Positions 31,246 to 39,792 of a DNA stretch of 39,792 bases are shown piece after piece. The stretch covers positions 108,802 to 148,593 of the forward strand of contig DPKG01000014.1 in NCBI GenBank assembly GCA_003542615.1, written 5' to 3'. Position numbers and translations under genes: made by a program. Every line of letters starts with the position of its first letter. Position 1 is the first letter of the stretch. The stretch is from Candidatus Shapirobacteria bacterium (lineage in GTDB: Bacteria; Patescibacteriota; Microgenomatia; UBA12405). The notes under the pieces are model-generated. The model searched no databases, was not told the origin of the DNA, and saw only the letters and a program-made list of their open reading frames with translations.

Positions 31246-32544
31246 ATGGCTAAAGTTAAAGAGACGATGTTTGTGTGCACTAATTGTGGGAATGAATTCA
31301 ATAAGTGGATGGGGCAGTGTAGTTTTTGTAAAGAGTGGAATAGTCTGAAAGAGGTGAAAAATAATTTATCAAAAAAGGCGGGGACAAGGTCGGCCCGTAC
31401 GGAAAAAATAGAGGTAAGAAATTTGGCAAAATTGGATGAAAATAAGGAAAGAAATAATGAAATTATTTCTACTACAATAGGGGAATTTGACAGAGTATTG
31501 GGTAAAGGAATTGTTCGAGGTTCGGTGGTGCTGTTTTCGGGAGAACCGGGGATAGGTAAGAGTACACTTTTGACGCAATTGTTGGGAAAAGTAAGAGGGC
31601 TGTATGTAGCCGGAGAGGAATCACCGGAACAAATTAATTTGAGGGTGAAAAGATTAGGTTTGAATGCAAAAAACATCGATGTTTTGGCCAGTAATTCAAT
31701 TGAGGAGTTGGGCGAGGTATTGGATCGAGCAAATAATGTGTTCAATATCGTGGTAGTTGACTCGATACAGGTGATGAGTACAGAAAATGTCGGTGGAGCG
31801 GCGGGGTCGCCGGGACAAATAAGGGAGTCGACATTCCGGTTGGTGGAAATGGCAAAGAGATTGGGGGTGGCAATTTTTGTGGTCGGACATGTTACCAAAG
31901 AAGGGGACATCGCCGGACCGAAATTGTTGGAACACATGGTGGACACGGTGTTGTATTTTGAGGGAGAAAGAAACGGAGACTTGAGAATTTTGAGGACGAC
32001 TAAAAATCGGTTTGGACCGACAGACGAGGTGGGAGTTTTCAGGATGGAGGAGGGTGGACTTAAAGAAGTTCGGGGTGATGAAATTAATTTGGTTTCCGGA
32101 GGGGAGAACACGGTGGGGTCGGCGGTGACGGTGGTGTTGAATGGAAATCGGCCAATGATGATAGAGATACAGGCTTTGGTGGTAGAAAGTTTTGCGCCGA
32201 TGCCAAAGAGAGTGTTTTCCGGAGTTGACTATAATCGGGGACAATTATTGGTGGCGGTGACCCAAAAGGTGTTGGGAATTCCGCTTTATAAATATGATGT
32301 ATTTATTGCGGTCAGCGGGGGAATAAGGCTGGATGATACCGGAGCGGATTTGGCAGTGGTGGCGGCAATGTGGAGTTCGTATAAGGAAAAGGCGTTGACA
32401 AAAAATTCTGTTTTGGTGGGTGAGGTGTCGCTTTTGGGAGTGGTGAAAAAAGTTAGGGGGTGGGAAAAGAGACAGAAAGAGGCACAAGGTTTGGGAAGGA
32501 GATTGATTGATATAGGGAATGTATTGGAATTAAAAAATTTGTAA
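31246..32544 (+). CDS. radA: DNA repair protein RadA/Sms
   Basis: CxxC..CxxC zinc finger, GEPGIGKSTL, KNRFG, Lon-like C-terminal domain. Confidence 0.97.
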   Translation: MAKVKETMFVCTNCGNEFNKWMGQCSFCKEWNSLKEVKNNLSKKAGTRSARTEKIEVRNLAKLDENKERNNEIISTTIGEFDRVLGKGIVRGSVVLFSGEPGIGKSTLLTQLLGKVRGLYVAGEESPEQINLRVKRLGLNAKNIDVLASNSIEELGEVLDRANNVFNIVVVDSIQVMSTENVGGAAGSPGQIRESTFRLVEMAKRLGVAIFVVGHVTKEGDIAGPKLLEHMVDTVLYFEGERNGDLRILRTTKNRFGPTDEVGVFRMEEGGLKEVRGDEINLVSGGENTVGSAVTVVLNGNRPMMIEIQALVVESFAPMPKRVFSGVDYNRGQLLVAVTQKVLGIPLYKYDVFIAVSGGIRLDDTGADLAVVAAMWSSYKEKALTKNSVLVGEVSLLGVVKKVRGWEKRQKEAQGLGRRLIDIGNVLELKNL

Positions 32545-32673
32545 AATCCCCTTCGGCGGATTATTTTTTAATTTATTTTAATAATACATTTATTCCTTTG
32601 ATATAAAAACGTCAGTTTGGGGGCGTCTGGTGAAGTGGATAAAAATAAAGCCTTTTTTTGGGTATTTTTTGAT

Positions 32674-32988
32674 TTAGTCAGTGTCGGAAGAACAACTTTG
32701 GAGAGCTTGGAGATATTTTTGGGTGATTTCAGGGCGAAGGCGGGGGAGACCACCGACATTTTTTAGGCGGGCGTTGGCAAAAAGAAGTTCCAGATCTTTT
32801 TCATTTAGTTTTTGGAGTATATTGACGGTTTCCTGGGGAATGATCTGATGGGAACGGTTTTCTCCGGGTTTATTGATATGGTCGGTTGGAAATCCGTTGG
32901 CAGCAGCGACTCTCCAAAGGGCAGTGTATTTGTGGTGGCCATTATTTGGAAATAGTTCACACATGATTTGACGGAGGCGTTCGGTCAT
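32674..32988 (-). CDS. Hypothetical protein
   Basis: 104 aa; TATAAT 5 nt upstream; C-ending codons as in other - strand genes. Confidence 0.65.
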   Translation of the reverse strand: MTERLRQIMCELFPNNGHHKYTALWRVAAANGFPTDHINKPGENRSHQIIPQETVNILQKLNEKDLELLFANARLKNVGGLPRLRPEITQKYLQALQSCSSDTD

Positions 32989-33010
32989 GGGTAATTATAC
33001 CTTATGATAG

Positions 33011-33075
33011 TTATCCACAATGACTTGATTAAAATATCTTTGAAGAAAAATGGAGTTGTTCTATAGTTTTCCACA
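33011..33075 (+). promoter_or_regulatory. Two DnaA boxes next to an AT-rich tract
   Basis: TTATCCACA 33011-33019 and TTTTCCACA 33067-33075. Confidence 0.5.
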
Positions 33076-33209
33076 TAGATTTTGTAACCCTATAACAGGG
33101 TATATTTTGAATTATTATATTAATAATAAATATTATAGGTGATTAGATAAAATGTATCAAATTTTTATAGGATATAGACAGCGAGAAAAGGCGATGATAT
33201 ATTGAATCA

Positions 33210-33338
33210 ATGATCAGTAAACTTTTGAACAGGGTGACGAAATTTTTGAATAAGGAATCTAAGGAAAAAAAGAAGGTTTGGGCCAGGGAACAGATGAGAG
33301 AAATGGGAAAATTAAAGGGAAAGTTGATCTTGATGTAG
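33210..33338 (+). CDS. Putative 42-aa basic small protein (leaderless)
   Basis: MISKLLNRVTKFLNKESKEKKKVWAREQMREMGKLKGKLILM; TGnTATATT 6 nt upstream; strong hairpin at 33345-33388 downstream. Confidence 0.55.
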   Translation: MISKLLNRVTKFLNKESKEKKKVWAREQMREMGKLKGKLILM

Positions 33339-33593
33339 CCTTTATTGTTGAGAGAGGTAGAGGGGGCAGGTCTACCTCTTTCAACAATGTAGGTTGAAAA
33401 AAGTAGGTACAAAAAAAAGAAACATTATAACCGATGTTCTCGAAGCAGGTGGAACACGTATAATAATGTTTCTTCGATTTAAAAATAACGGTTGGGAGTG
33501 ATAAAGTCAAGAAAATCAGGGGCGGATGGTCTGGGGTAATTTGTAGTTTTTTAAGCTAAGTAATTGGGGAGTATTTTGTGGTAAGGTTTTAGT

Positions 33594-34946
33594 GTGAAGA
33601 TGAGATTTTGGATATTTATTTTTGTTTGCGGATGGTTTTTTGGTATTTTGACTCCAAAATCAGTAGTGGCAGTGGAGGTGAGTTGTGTTAACAATCAGCA
33701 AACTTACTGGTCGGAAATTGCAAGAAATGGTTTTGGCCAGACGGTAATGTATAAAGTCGGATGGGATAGATATTTATTGTATTTGGGAATAACCAGTATT
33801 GTGAAAGACGGGAAGTTGGTGAATCCGACTTCGGGAACCGGTGATCCGGGAACTTATAACAGTATATGTAAAGGGTGGGCGGCAGATAGGATTTGGATGA
33901 CCTGGCATTTTGGAGACGGAATAAGTAAGGCGGGTTGGTGGAGCGATCCGGGGACACCCCGATTGCTTCTTAATCCGGGAGGAGTGGGAGAAGGGGCTTT
34001 GATTGCGGATCCGACGGTGGTGGAATGGAAGGGGAAAGTTCATATGTATTATGAGGGGACGGATAATTGTAGTGGGAATGATAATCGAATATTTCATGCG
34101 GTGGCGGATAGTTTGTTTGGGCCATTTACCAAGACAGGAGAGGTGATAGGATTGGCGGGACATAAAGAGGCGGGAACTTCAGCATTGAGTTGGCCGAAGG
34201 TGTTTGTAGAAAATGACAAATTGTATCTTTACTACACTGACAGTTATTTGCAATTGTTGGTGGCGAGGGCGACGAATGATGCGGGGACGGTATTTACGAT
34301 GGAGAATAATGGAAAAAGTGCGGTAGCAGAGACAACAAATATCGGTGAGGTTAAAAAGAAGGGTGATAAGTACTATTTGGTTTATACCAAATTTATGGGG
34401 GGAATAAGAATATCGGAGTCCAGTGATAAATTTAATTTTCCGGTGGGAAAAGATTTGATAACGGCGGGAAAATATTTTTGGGATAAACATAGTGTGGGTT
34501 TGCCGACATGGATTACCAAGGAAGAAAATGGAGTGGATAGGGTCTATTATGGGGCGATAGAGAAAGTTGAGAATGGATTTGTAACCAGTAGTGTGGCAAC
34601 TTGTGATTTGAGATTTGTTTTACCGACTTTAGTACCTACAAAGGTGCCGACAGCGGTACCAACTAAAATACCGACAGCGGTGCCAACAAAGGTACCAACC
34701 AAAATACCAACAGCGGTGCCAACATCACCACCAGTCGGGACGTGTGGTTGTGACAGGCAGGGAAGGAGAGCAGGAGACGGGAATTGTGACGGATTGGTCG
34801 ATTTGAGGGATTTTGAGGTGTGGAGATCGGAAATGTTTGATTTGGGAGGCTGGCAGGGTGTAAGTCGGCCAGATTGGAAGGGGGATTTTAATTGTGATTG
34901 GAAGGTGGATTTGTTGGATTTTGAGATTTGGAGAAGGAACAGGTAG
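33594..34946 (+). CDS. Secreted five-bladed beta-propeller glycoside hydrolase-like protein (GH43/GH32/GH130-like) with PT linker and dockerin-like domain
   Basis: Signal peptide; IADPTVV..MYYEG, WPKV..LYLYY blades; C-terminal GDGNCDG/GDFNCD. Confidence 0.75.
   Translation: MKMRFWIFIFVCGWFFGILTPKSVVAVEVSCVNNQQTYWSEIARNGFGQTVMYKVGWDRYLLYLGITSIVKDGKLVNPTSGTGDPGTYNSICKGWAADRIWMTWHFGDGISKAGWWSDPGTPRLLLNPGGVGEGALIADPTVVEWKGKVHMYYEGTDNCSGNDNRIFHAVADSLFGPFTKTGEVIGLAGHKEAGTSALSWPKVFVENDKLYLYYTDSYLQLLVARATNDAGTVFTMENNGKSAVAETTNIGEVKKKGDKYYLVYTKFMGGIRISESSDKFNFPVGKDLITAGKYFWDKHSVGLPTWITKEENGVDRVYYGAIEKVENGFVTSSVATCDLRFVLPTLVPTKVPTAVPTKIPTAVPTKVPTKIPTAVPTSPPVGTCGCDRQGRRAGDGNCDGLVDLRDFEVWRSEMFDLGGWQGVSRPDWKGDFNCDWKVDLLDFEIWRRNR
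34620..34724 (+). repeat. Coding tandem repeat, (V/I)PT(K/A) linker, 12-nt unit
   Basis: LPTLVPTKVPTAVPTKIPTAVPTKVPTKIPTAVPT. Confidence 0.85.
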
Positions 34947-34966
34947 GATAGAAAGTAAGGAGGGGC

Positions 34967-34995
34967 TTGACAGGGGGGGAGGGATTGGGTAAAAT
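34967..34995 (+). promoter_or_regulatory. rho promoter
   Basis: TTGACA-17 nt-TAAAAT. Confidence 0.75.
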
Positions 34996-35105
34996 TGGAG
35001 TGTTTAAATTGATTTCCCCGTGAACTTCGTACATTTTTCTCCATCACTAATTCTGATTTTGGCGGATTTATAATATTTATTTTCATTTATTTTTAGAAAA
35101 AACCT

Positions 35106-36404
35106 ATGGTAAAAGTAGTAAAAAGCGATATAAAAGTTAACGATGAGAAAATTGAGGAAAAATTAGATATGAAAGTGAAAACAGAAGAAACCAAAAGTGA
35201 TAATAGCCGGGTCGAGATAAAGAGACCACAGGTAAATGTCGACAGGCCGCAAAGCAATACAAATCAGACAGTAAACAGACCGGTATTGGAGGCGAGTAAT
35301 TTGGAACCGATTGAGGGGGTTTTGGAAGTAATGCAGGATGGATCGGGATATGTTAGGCCTAAATTTACCCCAAGTACACGTGATTCTTATATAGCGTCAA
35401 ATCATGTAAGGCGAATGTGGATGAGGTCGGGTGATTTGATTGCCGGGGTAGCCAGAGCGCCAAAGGTAAATGAGAAATATTGGGGAATGGTGAGAATTGA
35501 AAGGATAAACGGAGTGGATGTAAGGCAGATGACGCCGAGGCCGGAATTTAAGGACTTGGTGCCGATTTATGCTGAAAAACAAGTAAAGTTGGAAACTGAT
35601 CCGTCAATTTTGTCGACCCGAATAATTGATCTTTTTTGTCCGATCGGATTTGGACAAAGAGGAATGATAGTGTCACCTCCGAAGGCAGGAAAGACAACTT
35701 TGTTGAAGGAAATTGCTAATGGAGTGGCGGTAAATTATCCGGAGGTGCATTTGATGGCAGTGTTGGTGGGAGAAAGACCGGAGGAAGTGACGGATATGCA
35801 GAGATTTATAAAAGGTGAAGTGATTGCTTCGAGTTTTGATCAGAGGCCGGAGGAACAAACCAGAGCGGCGGAAATTGCCATTGAAAGAGCCAGGAGATTG
35901 GTGGAGTTGGGTAAAGACGTATTTATGGTGTTTGATTCGATTACCAGATTGGCCAGAGCTTATAATTTGGCAATACCGACTTCAGGAAGAACTTTGTCGG
36001 GAGGTTTTGATCCGGCAGCTTTGTATCCTTCAAAGAAATTTTTTGGAGCGGCCAGAAATATTGAACATGGCGGGTCGCTGACTATTATTGGGACAGCCTT
36101 GGTGGATACCGGTTCGAAGATGGATGAATTGATTTTTGAGGAATTTAAGGGAACCGGAAATATGGAATTGAGACTGGATAGGAATTTGGCAGACAGAAGA
36201 ATTTATCCGGCATTTGATATTTTGAAATCGGGAACCAGAAAGGAAGAATTGTTGCTTAAGGCAGAAGATTTGGATAAGATGAACGGAATCAGAAGGATCT
36301 TTGATACGCTGACGGATAAAAATGAAGCAACAGCAATGGTGATTGAACAGATGATTAAGACAAAGGATAATAGCGAGTTTTTGAAGAAGATTGGGAAGAG
36401 GTAA
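35106..36404 (+). CDS. rho: Transcription termination factor Rho
   Basis: PIGFGQRGMIVSPPKAGKT, ERPEEVTDM, DSITRLARAYN, FKGTGNMEL. Confidence 0.98.
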   Translation: MVKVVKSDIKVNDEKIEEKLDMKVKTEETKSDNSRVEIKRPQVNVDRPQSNTNQTVNRPVLEASNLEPIEGVLEVMQDGSGYVRPKFTPSTRDSYIASNHVRRMWMRSGDLIAGVARAPKVNEKYWGMVRIERINGVDVRQMTPRPEFKDLVPIYAEKQVKLETDPSILSTRIIDLFCPIGFGQRGMIVSPPKAGKTTLLKEIANGVAVNYPEVHLMAVLVGERPEEVTDMQRFIKGEVIASSFDQRPEEQTRAAEIAIERARRLVELGKDVFMVFDSITRLARAYNLAIPTSGRTLSGGFDPAALYPSKKFFGAARNIEHGGSLTIIGTALVDTGSKMDELIFEEFKGTGNMELRLDRNLADRRIYPAFDILKSGTRKEELLLKAEDLDKMNGIRRIFDTLTDKNEATAMVIEQMIKTKDNSEFLKKIGKR

Positions 36405-36405
36405 T

Positions 36406-36499
36406 AAAATCCATAAAAAGTCTCGTCATATTTTTTCAAGCTTCATGATCGTGATGTCATTAGGCTTTGAAAAAATAAGTCTTCGACTTTTTAGATTTT
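36406..36499 (+). repeat. Hairpin repeat element, core type B, copy 3
   Basis: Core 36440-36467 (27/28 identical); arms taaaaagtc/gacttttta and attttttcaa/ttgaaaaaat. Confidence 0.85.
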
Positions 36500-36733
36500 G
36501 GAGAGGGTGCGACGGAGGGTTGTTTGGTTATCTCTGATACCCTCGAGTAATCCTAGAGTTTTTCTGAGTTTATAATCTTTTAAAACTTCAGGTAAGGTAC
36601 AGCGTCTATTTTTAAGATCCTGACGCTCTTCTTCCAGATAATTGATGGTGGCGTTGGTAGCTGTTAATAGTTCCTCCAGAAGAGAGCGAGGGATAGTTAT
36701 ATTTTCCTCGGAATCAGGTTTTTGCGTTGCCAT
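36491..36733 (-). CDS. Small helical hypothetical protein (80 aa)
   Basis: Start reassigned to MATQKP; TGnTATAAT 6 nt upstream; avoids overlap with the next gene. Confidence 0.65.
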   Translation of the reverse strand: MATQKPDSEENITIPRSLLEELLTATNATINYLEEERQDLKNRRCTLPEVLKDYKLRKTLGLLEGIRDNQTTLRRTLSKI

Positions 36734-36806
36734 GGGGTGATTATAGCAAAAAGTGGGGTAAATGTGAAAATGGTATAATTTAAGGGTTGAAATTAGCAGC
36801 TTGAAA

Positions 36807-37973
36807 ATGGCAAGGTTCAAATTCCCTAAATTTAGGAAAAATAAGAAAGAAATTTTAAAGCTAAAAACCAGCAATAAACCAGCTTTTATCGGTGAGATAA
36901 AAAAAGAACTGGAGTTGATAGGGGTATTTTTGGGTTTGCAAGGCAAACTGTTAAACGATGGAATGGTGATGACACTTGGTTGGGCAGAGGCATTGAAAAA
37001 ATGGTCGACTCGATTGATGTATCGACAGAGAGGGAGATTTTCGCAGACATTTGTTCATGCTAGTATGGCGTTGTTGGCGTTTTTGGGGATTGTGTTGTCG
37101 GCAAAAATTGAAAGTATTATGACTTCGGGAGGAGGAGAAGGGGGTTATAACAGCGGGATAATTATGGCAACTGATAGTCAGATGGCGGATACTTTGGTGT
37201 CGAATTTGCCAAAAGGTGAAATAACTGAATATAGAGTGTCGGAAGGAGATACTGTGAGTTCGATTGCGCAAAAATTTGGGGTGTCGATTGATACGATCAT
37301 GTGGGAGAATAATTTGAAAAGTGTAGATTCGATTAAGGCGGGTGAGATATTGAGGATTTTACCGTTGACGGGAATACGACATAAGGTGGTTCGAGGTGAA
37401 ACGATTTATAGTATTTCTAAAAAATATGGAGTAGCGGCTCAGAATATAGTCAATTATCCTTTTAATAGTTTTACAAATGATGAGACATTTGCATTGGCGG
37501 CAGGTCAGGAATTGTTGATTCCGGAAGGAATAAAGCCAAATCAGATAATAATTGATACCAATCGTTACATTGCCAGAACAGTGGCACCGATTCCGGGAGT
37601 GGTGGGTGAAGGTAATTTTATGTGGCCGACTTCGGGGTATATTTCTCAAAGATTTACCTGGTACCATCAGGCAGCGGATATTGCCAGTCCGGGTAATCCG
37701 GCGATTTTAGCGGCGCAGGGAGGTACGGTGGTGACGGCCGGTTGGAATGGCGGCGGATATGGAAATTATGTAGTGATTGATCATGGAAACGGATATAAAA
37801 CTTTGTATGCTCATATGCTGACTAATTCAATATCGGTAAAGGCCGGACAGGCAGTGTCGCAGGGACAGCAAATCGGGACAATGGGAAGTACGGGGAGGTC
37901 AACAGGGACACATTTGCATTTTGAAGTGATTGGTTCACAGGGTAAGGTTGATCCTTTGTCGGTGTTGAAATAG
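36807..37973 (+). CDS. LysM-repeat M23 family peptidoglycan endopeptidase
   Basis: TM helix, two LysM domains, HQAAD, YAHM, GSTGRSTGTHLHFEV. Confidence 0.92.
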   Translation: MARFKFPKFRKNKKEILKLKTSNKPAFIGEIKKELELIGVFLGLQGKLLNDGMVMTLGWAEALKKWSTRLMYRQRGRFSQTFVHASMALLAFLGIVLSAKIESIMTSGGGEGGYNSGIIMATDSQMADTLVSNLPKGEITEYRVSEGDTVSSIAQKFGVSIDTIMWENNLKSVDSIKAGEILRILPLTGIRHKVVRGETIYSISKKYGVAAQNIVNYPFNSFTNDETFALAAGQELLIPEGIKPNQIIIDTNRYIARTVAPIPGVVGEGNFMWPTSGYISQRFTWYHQAADIASPGNPAILAAQGGTVVTAGWNGGGYGNYVVIDHGNGYKTLYAHMLTNSISVKAGQAVSQGQQIGTMGSTGRSTGTHLHFEVIGSQGKVDPLSVLK

Positions 37974-38049
37974 GTGAATAAATAAATATGCGGTAAAAAG
38001 TACTGATAAGCGCTTGAGTGAGATAGATGGATTCTGTTATGCTGTTGAC

Positions 38050-39792
38050 ATGAATAAAATTTTTAAGATCTATCTACGTCTTTTTATGTTTTTATTGCCC
38101 TTATACTTTTTGCCGATAATTGCCAACGGAACTGATTGGGCGAAAAATTGGTTTTTGATTGTGGGGGCGATGGTGGGATTGGTGTTGTGGATAGCCGATT
38201 TGTTGTTGGGGAAAAAAGATAAAGTAAAAACCAGTAAAATTTTGTGGTTGATGTTGGCTCTGGCAGTTTGGAGCGGAATTGAATGGTGGAGGATGGGGGC
38301 CGGATTGAGAACCAGAACTTGGGTAGGTCCTTTTGGATTTGGAACTTGGTTGGCGTTGGGTACCTGGTCATTTTTGTGGTTACAGGCAGCAGACAGTAAG
38401 GCAGAATTTAAAAAACAGATGAATTTTTTGACGGTAGCAGGTTTGTTGGCGGCAGTGAGTTCATTGATAGTATTTTTAATTCCGACTTCAAAATTTCCCA
38501 TAAGTATTCCGAATGAAAAATCAGCTTTGATTTCGATTAACCAAAGTTGGTCATTGACCGGATCTTTGATTTCGGAAGCGATATTGTTGATATTTTTGGC
38601 GTGGGAATGGGTGGCGAGAGTAGTAAAGAAGTTGAAATTAAATGAAGACGGAATGAGTTACATAAAAGAGATGGTGGTGTCGGCGGTGTTGGTGTTGGTG
38701 GCTTTGTTGGATATATATAGAATTTTTAAATTAGGTTGGGTGATTTTGGACTTTACTACCAGCTGGGTAATTGCAGTAGAAGTATTTAAAAGAAGCCCGA
38801 TTTTTGGCATGGGAGTAGGTAATTTTTCTCAGGCTTTTGATTTGTTTCGGCCAAATTCATATAACCTGACCCAATATTGGTCTAATTTGTTTTCGGTGTC
38901 GGGAATGGGATGGTTGCAAATTTGGACAGAGATGGGATTGGTGGGATTGGTGTTGGTGGGCGGAGTGGTGTTGAGTTGGATTAGATCAAAAAAGAATATG
39001 AATTTTTGGAGAACCGGATTTTTATTGGCGGTGGTGTTGTTTTTGCCTTTGAATTTGGTGGCTTTGTTTTTGTTGGTGTGGGTGTTGATTAGCCGATTTG
39101 GAGAATCAACGGAACATAGATTGTGGATAGGAATGGGAGAGAATAGTTTTAATGCTCTGCCTTATTTGGTATCGATAGTGATGTTGGTGTTGGTGGGTTT
39201 TACTATGACTAATATGGTCAAACAAGTCCGAGCCGGCTATTACATCAGAGAGTCTTTGGTGGCGGCGGCAAAAAATGATGCGACTAAAACTTATAATTTA
39301 CAAATAAAAGCGATTGAAATTGATCCGAATATGGCTGATTACCGAAATATTTATTCGCAAACTAATTTGGCGATAGCTTCGAGTTTGTTGTCACAGGAAG
39401 ATATCAGTGATGAAGATAAGGAAAAGGTATCGGTATTGTTGCAACAGGCGGTTCAGGAAGGTAAGACAGCAGTTAGTTTGGATAGTTTGAATCCGCATTA
39501 TTGGTCTAATTTGGCTTCAATTTATAGATCGATGGTGGGAATATTGGAGGGTTCGGCTGATTGGTCGTATCAGGCTTATACTCAGGCAGTGGCTTTGGAT
39601 CCGGCTGATCCGATGACAAAATTGGATTTGGGCGGATTACTTTATGCTTCGAATAATTTTGAAGAAGCTGACAGAGTGTTTGAGGAGGCGGTTAAAGCTA
39701 AGCAGGACTTGGCTAATGCCTGGTATAACTGGGCTTACAGCGCTAAACAAATGAATAGAATTGATTTGGCAGTTCAGAGATTAGGTCAGGCG
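38050..39792 (+). CDS. O-antigen ligase (Wzy_C)-like membrane protein with C-terminal TPRs (partial, runs off right edge)
   Basis: Not in the ORF track; open from ATG 38050 (MNKIFKIYL...); SPIFGMGVGNF, LQIWTEMGLVG; TPR-like AV.LDP and AWYNWA. Confidence 0.85.
   Translation, partial: MNKIFKIYLRLFMFLLPLYFLPIIANGTDWAKNWFLIVGAMVGLVLWIADLLLGKKDKVKTSKILWLMLALAVWSGIEWWRMGAGLRTRTWVGPFGFGTWLALGTWSFLWLQAADSKAEFKKQMNFLTVAGLLAAVSSLIVFLIPTSKFPISIPNEKSALISINQSWSLTGSLISEAILLIFLAWEWVARVVKKLKLNEDGMSYIKEMVVSAVLVLVALLDIYRIFKLGWVILDFTTSWVIAVEVFKRSPIFGMGVGNFSQAFDLFRPNSYNLTQYWSNLFSVSGMGWLQIWTEMGLVGLVLVGGVVLSWIRSKKNMNFWRTGFLLAVVLFLPLNLVALFLLVWVLISRFGESTEHRLWIGMGENSFNALPYLVSIVMLVLVGFTMTNMVKQVRAGYYIRESLVAAAKNDATKTYNLQIKAIEIDPNMADYRNIYSQTNLAIASSLLSQEDISDEDKEKVSVLLQQAVQEGKTAVSLDSLNPHYWSNLASIYRSMVGILEGSADWSYQAYTQAVALDPADPMTKLDLGGLLYASNNFEEADRVFEEAVKAKQDLANAWYNWAYSAKQMNRIDLAVQRLGQA

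Overview
Chromosomal segment of a Patescibacteria/CPR bacterium, most likely Microgenomates (inferred from gene content; standard code 11, TGA is a stop). The + strand is strongly G/T-skewed throughout. Housekeeping genes: ftsH, rpsA, radA, rho, DedA, LysM-M23, GH18, O-antigen-ligase/TPR. The rRNA locus is split (tRNA-Ile // two CDS // tRNA-Ala-23S-5S, no 16S in the window). Accessory content: six tandem VirB2/TrbC-like pilins plus a VirB6-like gene; a 7TM + three ATP-grasp ligase cluster, one ligase fused to an aspartic protease; and four exported proteins carrying dockerin-like domains (three Cys-containing), two of them also with cohesin-like domains, which may form a cellulosome-like surface assembly. 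Best leads: (i) dispersed 75-100 nt hairpin elements that share a scaffold with a conserved 2x3 internal loop but have swappable cores, one inserted in-frame in a RimK-like gene; (ii) the cohesin-dockerin set with a shared QETRRGA motif; (iii) a GC-rich secreted-protein gene enclosed by a long-range inverted repeat; (iv) small hairpin insertions in the 23S rRNA; (v) pervasive leaderless gene architecture that exposes unannotated small ORFs. All family assignments come from motifs recognised by eye; no searches were run.
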